From: Eledone cirrhosa
Lineage: Eukaryota
Assembly (NCBI GenBank): GCA_964016885.1
Contig: OZ024752.1
Location: 24,676,001-24,740,000, forward strand
Direction: 5' to 3'
Length of the DNA: 64,000 nt
In this document: positions 57,270 through 64,000 of the stretch, one piece after another
How the letters are laid out: each line of letters starts with the position of its first letter
Position numbering within the stretch: the first letter of the stretch is position 1
The notes under the pieces: model-generated
Database searches by the model: none
Seen by the model: only the letters and a program-made list of their open reading frames with translations
What the model was told of the DNA's origin: nothing
Made by a program: the position numbers and the translations under genes

Positions 57270-59899
57270 TTACATGCGCAGACCTTCTCGAGCTTTAACA
57301 GTTGAAAAATGAGTTATAGCGTGGTCCAAGTTTACTGATTTAGTAATTTTGTTTTCAATTGCCAGCAGGGCAAAACTGGATAGCCTCTCCTGGCCCATCG
57401 TTGAACGAAGATAATTTTTAATTCTTCGTAGAACACTGAAAGAGCGTTCCGCACTTGCTATGCCAATTGGTAAAGTGAGAAATAGCCTTACCAGAATTTC
57501 AAACTCGGGAAAGACATCACACAAGTCATTGTTCAGTAAAAATTTCAGATATGGCATAACCCCACTTTGTTTTAAAGCTGCGTTTGGCTGTGAAAAGTAG
57601 CGGCCAATGAAAGAAAAGAGTTCATTTCTGAGTTCCAGTGTGAATTCATTTAGAAAGTTATCTACCAATGTTGCTACATGTGTTTTTAGTTCATCATCTG
57701 AGCATTTAGCCAGTCGATTTGGACTCAAAAATCCAAAGATTGAAGATATTTTTTTTATTCCTTCAGTTCGGGCTCTCATCTCCCCAATCATACTATCCAG
57801 TGATTGAAAATAAATTGCAGTGCGATATCTATCTGAAGCAGTAGCTAGTCTTTCAACACCACAAACTTCACCATCCATAATCTTTCTTCTCCTTACTCGC
57901 GTTATTTTAAAATCAGCTTCAGATGCATCAAATCCCACGTCATTCCAGGCTTTCTTTGCCTGGTCCACAAATTGTTCAAATTTGTGATCGCATCTGAGTT
58001 CTTCCAATTTATCTGTTGAACGTTCAAAGCACTCAGTCACAAGGAATAAATCAATTATCTTAGCTTGTAGAAGACGATTAGCTGAATTCATATTTTCTAA
58101 CACTTTGTTCCACCAAAGTAGAGATATGAAAAAAGTCCAGTCCATTTTCCCTTGCAAATCAGTTGCCTGTTTTACTTCATTTGAGTCATGATTTTCTTCT
58201 ATCAAATCTGCCAGACATTCACTGACATTGTGAAAGTTTCCCAGGAGAGCAGAAACTGCATTATGTCTGGCTGACCACCTTGTCTGAGAGAGTGATTTCA
58301 AGGTTCCGGATCTTGATGAGCTCATCTTCAACTTCTTCGTCAATTGAATTAGAAATAACCTTCTCAACAGCTTCTAAAAGATTCTTCTCCTGACTTTTTG
58401 CCATATCAAGAAGTTGACTCCAGCGTCTATTTGAATTAACAAAGAAAGCATAGATAGATTGAATGTTATCAAAGAAGCATTTAATTTCAACAAGAGGTGG
58501 AGGAGAACCACTTTGAGCTGCATGCTCAAGAACTAGATTGAGTTGGTGGGGACGACAGTGAACATATGGAACAAAAGTATTTCCGTCCAGTGCCATATTC
58601 TTTTTTAGTAAAGCTTGAACACCACCTAATGCCCCACTCATCACAGATGCTCCATCATATGCCTGTCCTTTAAGATGTTTGCGCTGCAAGCCAAGTTCTT
58701 CAAACAATGCCTTTTCAATGACACTGGTAATACCAATTGCACTAGCATCAAGGACATGATAATATCCAACAAAGTGTTCTACAATTTCCACTGACTTTTC
58801 AAGTCTGTCAATTTTTATAAATCTCAATAGCACCGCCATTTGGTCCTTATGACTTATATCAGTTGTAGAATCAGCAATCACAGTGAAAAATTTGGCTTCC
58901 TTGCAAAGATCAACAATTTTGTCAAGTGTCATTTTTGAAAGAATCTGGACTTGTTCCTCAAAGATAGTTTTGCTCAGATATTTGAGTTGTCCCTTGTCCT
59001 CAAAATGTTGTTTAAGAATAAGATCGATTGTGCTTATGTGCCTTAATATTGATAAGTACACACCTGGATTATCAGCATCCAAGGATTCTCTATGACCGCT
59101 TAGTGGCAATCCTAGACATGTAAGTTCTCGTAAAAGTCCGAACTGATGATTAAGAACATATTTCCATTTTTGAACTTCTGCATCCATTTGTTTTTTCACT
59201 GAAACTCCAATGGACATATTCTTGGCGAACTGTTTATAGGCATATACTGATCTGTGATGAATTTTTGATTGAGAGTGTTTTTCAATGCTTTTGGAAATGT
59301 GCTTCCAATCATTCATACTCTTTGACCATGGCGAGTTTTTGGCCTCTTCATAACCAGCAATGATGGCAGTAACAATAATTACCTTTGTATGAATAAGCTA
59401 GCCAGTATCTGTGTACTCGTTCTTCAAGGGGTTTTTTAAAATTATAGTAACTGCTCTTGAATTTTCTAGAATGGATAATTCGATAGTCTCCTGTAGGCAT
59501 ATCATTTTCCAAAGGTTGACAAGCACCCCTTTCAACTAAAATGTTCAAGTAATCTTTCACTTTATTCTTTCCTGTGTCAAATCGTGCTTTGTCATTTAAA
59601 AATGGCATTGAAGCCTGACTAATTTCAGAAAGTTCATTTTCAACTTCAGAAAGACTTATATTTTCTACAGCAGGTTCAGTCACTTGAGAAGGAAGCACAG
59701 GTTCAGCCACTTCAGGAATAGTTTCAGCTTCACCTGTAGATATTGTAGGAATATTTTCTTCTGCAACATCCTCAATATCTGCACTATGGGGCACAGAAAA
59801 AGTCAATAATCTTTGATTTTTTGCTTTGCCTGCTGATTCCAAATCCTTTTTTCTTTTGAGTGCACGCTTCTCAGCACCTGATGAAAACTTCTTATTCAT
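57270..59899 (-). pseudogene. hAT transposase (ZMYM1-like/DUF4371 type with C-terminal dimerisation domain), two apparent frameshifts
   Basis: YCYCHHC, GLPLSGHRE, IADSTTDISHKDQ, GQAYDGASVMSG, VHCRPHQLNL, TRWS and ASAERSFSVLRRIKNYLRSTMGQERL, spread over three ORFs. Confidence 0.9.
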
Positions 59900-60029
59900 T
59901 GTGAGTCAGTCTACAAACAAAATATAAACTAGGTATAGGAAATAATAAAAGGAACTTACCAATTATTTGTTGCTTACACAATTTTAATGCTTTAATATTT
60001 TTAAACTGTGGCCCAATAAAACAAATTAC

Positions 60030-61231
60030 GGCGATATCCAAAAATACCTCCCCCATGCCTAGGGCTAAATAACTTCGCTGTTCGCTGCTGATATGAGGCT
60101 AAATAACTTCGCTGCTGGCTGCGGAAATGAGGCTATTCCAACAAATTTACATTCCCTTTTTTTTAGCCGTTAAAAGAAATATAGATTTATTTATTTATTT
60201 GAAACGTTTTTGTTAGTTTCTTTGTTTTGTTTTTTTGGCGATATTTTTGTTAGTTTCTTGTTTTTTTTTTAGTTTCTTTTTTTTTGGCGTTTTTTGCCAG
60301 GTTTTTTTTTATAGTTTATTTATTTATTTTTAACGTTTTTGTTTTGTTTTTATGTCACAAACATTGCTCCCCGACGCTCTACCGATAATAGTAAGTATTA
60401 GTGGTTGTAATAAAAATGCAATCAAAACGTAATAAATACCTTCACTGATTTCTTTCCTTATATTATCAACAGAAGTTGGTATGTCACCCAAAGTTTCTAA
60501 TTCCTTCTCCACAGTAAGACAAATATCCATGTGTAGTTGAAGAGGATAAGTATGAAAGAACAGTCTTTGGTAAAGTGTTCTTGGCATAACTAGCTCCCTG
60601 CTAAAGGTGAAATAACATAGTTCTGTTATCTTATAATTGATTTGTATATAAGTTAAAGTGAAATTGATTTTAAACTGAAATTATTCATTCGTTCGAAAAT
60701 ATTCATAGAACACTTTACCAAAGACTGTTCTTTCATACTTATCCTCTTCAACTACACATGGATATTTGTCTTACTGTGGAGAAGGAATTAGAAACTTTGG
60801 GTGACATACCAACTTCTGTTGATAATATAAGGAAAGAAATCAGTGAAGGTATTTATTACGTTTTGATTGCATTTTTATTACAACCACTAATACTTACTAT
60901 TATCGATAGAGCGTCGGAGAGCAATGTTTGTGACATAAAAACAAAACAAAAACTAACAAAAACGTTAAAAATAAATAAATAAACTATACAAAAAAAACCT
61001 GGCAAAAAACGCCAAAAAAAAGAAACTAAAATAAAAACAAGAAACTAACAAAAACGTTTCAAATAAATAAATAAATCTATATTTCTTTTAACGGCTAAAA
61101 AAAAGGGAATGTAAATTTGTTGGAATAGCCTCATTTCAGCAGCCAGCAGCGAAGTTATTTAGCCTCATATCAGCAGCGAACAGCGAAGTTATTTAGTCCT
61201 AGGAATGGGGGAGGTATTTTTGGATATCGCC
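60030..61231. mobile_element. Nested foldback element with about 540-bp inverted arms and an 8-bp TSD
   Basis: CAAATTAC|GGCGATATCCAAAAATACC...GGTATTTTTGGATATCGCC|CAAATTAC. Arms are about 60030-60581 and 60707-61231. Confidence 0.88.
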
Positions 61232-62030
61232 CAAATTACAATTTTTTTTTTTTTGCAAGCGCCCAGTCGGCAGGGGCCCAGTCGGCATTTGCCACCTTCG
61301 CCACCTGTTAAATCCGCCACTGCCTCCTATATGGATTAGAGTTGTGGGTCACTTAATATCACCACCTTCGTCTCCTTGAGTGCAGCACCAAGCTGGGCAG
61401 GGTACATCTCCAGGATGAAGGATCTGCCCAGGATCATGCTCTATGGTGAACTCTCCACAGGTCATTGTGACAGGGGGCTACCAAGGAAGCAATACAAGGA
61501 CTGTTTGAAAAAATTCCTTGTCACATCAACCATCACTGATGGTCCACCATAGCTGAGACATGGGACGCCTGGTGTCTCACCAACAACCATGCTGTCTGCT
61601 CCTTGAAAAAACACCCACAGGGACGCCTGGTGTCTCACCAACAACCATGCTGTCTGCTCCTTGAAAAAACACCCACAGGGCCACCCTCGAGGACAAGAGG
61701 CCTAGGAGGAAGAACCACAACACCAAGTTATCAAACCCTTCTCCAGACCTTCATCTGTGACTCTGTCATGCTTGTCCTAAATAGGCCTGACCAGCCATAA
61801 GCAGGCCTTCAATCAACGTACAACAACTCCTTCTTAACTTTTGTTCTCGAAGCCAAGCCATGATAAATGTTATTGAGTTACAAATGGAGATATAAATATA
61901 TATACAAACAAACAACGGATTAATACCAGGGGAGACAACCTCACCATGGCATAATTCAAGTCCCAGATTAGTATGATGGAGTAGGCATATATTTAAATAT
62001 TGGAAGTTGTTTTAGCTGTACCAATCTAGT

Positions 62031-62122
<92 letters not shown>

Positions 62123-63077
62123 GCATGTGTGTGTGACTAAACCGCAGAATATCGTCTTTGTTGTCGTAAGACAGTAGAGAGTGATATTTGGCTGCTATTT
62201 CTACCAGGTCAATCAACTATGTAAGAGTCTCTCTGCGGGTAGTCAACTCTGTTCCTATGGTAGTAAGTAGGGAGGTAGTCCTAGGGCCAAGAAGACCAGA
62301 AGTCTCTACTGCCAAGAGCACGACCGCAAACCTGTCGAGGAGCGAAATGTGTAATTCCTTTACTTTAAGAGTGTGTGTTGGCTGCTATTTCTACCAGGTC
62401 AAGTAATCAGGTAAGAGACTCCCTCCTTGATACGTAATAAATATTTCACTGAGTGATGCTGCTTGTTTGACCATGGGTTGGAATCAATTGATGGAGTGAA
62501 TTGATATAACTGAAGGTATTAAATTATGTCAGGGACTTCTAACGTATGACACCGGTGTTTTTCAGGAGAGTGAAGCATTACCAACGACACCACGTACCTG
62601 CCATCTTAATTATAACTTTAATTAATCTTAATATATCTTGTATAGTTATTATCTTATATTAAGGTAAAAGTTAATATTTTGTAGATAACATAGAGTGAGC
62701 TACATGTTTCAGGGTAGGTGTTCCATCACCTACATGATTAAATATTTCATTTCATGAGAAACTACGCTACTTCGTGAATTGGTTGTTCCACATTTTATAG
62801 GACAGTGAGAAATAAGTTTAAATCACCAACATCTGAACAATTAGCTTTCCTGGTCTTTCTTGACTTTACATTTGGACTTGAAATATAAAGTACGTATTAT
62901 TTATATTGTTAACACAGCAGATATTGTGTACTTTTCTACACTCTCTGGTGAACAATCCTCATTTATTAAGACACAAACACACACACACACACTCTCTCTC
63001 ACACACTTTCTTATACCGACATCAGTCTTACACAGTCATATATCTTCAGAACTTCGAAGAATTCTTCAAGAATTACT

Positions 63078-63986
63078 ATGGAAGACGTTAAACACTTGGA
63101 CATTTCTACCACACCTGCTTCTACCAATATAGATACAGTTACACAGACATACAGTGGTGAGAAACCTTTACCTAGTGAAACATGTACTGAACAAGGATCA
63201 TTACACAGCAATATTCCTGAATATAGCTGTGAGATTTGTAGGAAAACTTTCTCATCAGAAGATCAATTATCTACACATAAAAGAACACACACTAAAGATA
63301 AACCCTATCACTGTCAAATATGTGAGAAATCTTTCACTTCGAAATCCGATCTTGTTAGACATATACGTACTCACACTGGAGAAAAACGTTTCCACTGTGA
63401 AATATGTGGGAAAGCTTTTGCTGAAAATTTTAGTGTTGTACTTCATAAAAGAACACACACTGGAGAGAAACCCTATCATTGTGAAATTTGTGGGAAATCT
63501 TTTGTGACAAACATTTATTTAACTGTACATATAAGAACACACACTGGAGAGAAACCATATCATTGTGAAATTTGTGGGAAATCTTTTGTATACAACAGTA
63601 ATTTCAATGCACATAAAAGAACACACAGTAGAGAAAAGCATTATGATTGTGAAATATGTGGGAAATCTTTCTTTCAGAATGCTAGTCTCATTAACCATAG
63701 ATATAATCACACTGGAATAAAGCCCTTCAATTGTGAAATATGTGAGAAATCTTTTGTCAGGGGCAATGACTTGATTAGGCATAAAAGAACTCACACTGGA
63801 GAGAAACCCTTTTACTGTGAAATATGTGGGAAGTATTTCGTACAAAGCGGTAATTTGATTGTACATAAAAGATCACATACTGGTGAAAGACCTTACCACT
63901 GTGAAATATGTGGGAAATCTTTTATTAGGAATAGTAACTTAAATAAACACAAACAAACACACACAAGAAGGAAACATTTTAACTAA
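63078..63986 (+). CDS. C2H2 (Kruppel-type) zinc-finger protein, 9 tandem fingers, intact 302-aa ORF
   Basis: Nine CxxC-x12-HxxxH fingers with mostly TGEKP-type linkers, ATG start and no lesions. No KRAB or other N-terminal domain is evident. Confidence 0.9.
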   Translation: MEDVKHLDISTTPASTNIDTVTQTYSGEKPLPSETCTEQGSLHSNIPEYSCEICRKTFSSEDQLSTHKRTHTKDKPYHCQICEKSFTSKSDLVRHIRTHTGEKRFHCEICGKAFAENFSVVLHKRTHTGEKPYHCEICGKSFVTNIYLTVHIRTHTGEKPYHCEICGKSFVYNSNFNAHKRTHSREKHYDCEICGKSFFQNASLINHRYNHTGIKPFNCEICEKSFVRGNDLIRHKRTHTGEKPFYCEICGKYFVQSGNLIVHKRSHTGERPYHCEICGKSFIRNSNLNKHKQTHTRRKHFN

Positions 63987-64000
63987 CTCTTCCTCTTACA

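Larger units (their letters stand above)
57017..61322 (-). mobile_element. Full-length hAT DNA transposon
   Basis: 15-bp TIRs CAGTGGCGGATTTAA/TTAAATCCGCCACTG, an 8-bp TSD CCTCCAAT/CCTCCTAT, and subterminal GCCCAGTCGGCA repeats at both ends. Confidence 0.93.

Overview
AT-rich eukaryotic DNA, most likely from an octopus-like cephalopod (inferred from the [14 protein letters not shown]2H2 arrays, SINE style and (TA)n density). It is a tandemly duplicated C2H2 zinc-finger cluster with one intact 9-finger ORF at 63078-63986 and five decayed paralogues, densely interrupted by mobile DNA: RTE and CR1-like LINE relics, SINEs, two non-autonomous Helitrons, and a full-length hAT element carrying a nested foldback. 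The most notable content is a Penelope-like element (PLE) and hammerhead ribozyme (HHR) system sitting in (TA)n microsatellites. It includes a young intact PLE (RT + GIY-YIG) with direct and inverted pseudo-LTRs, each holding an HHR with a very long stem II, and a second decayed PLE. It also includes two homologous 318-bp and 310-bp tandem retrozyme-like arrays with one HHR per unit (one array has a compensatory U3-A8 core) and several non-coding HHR-bearing inverted-repeat elements. About 11 HHR motifs in five sequence families were read by eye. None has been computationally folded or tested, and element boundaries are approximate unless a TSD or terminus is quoted.
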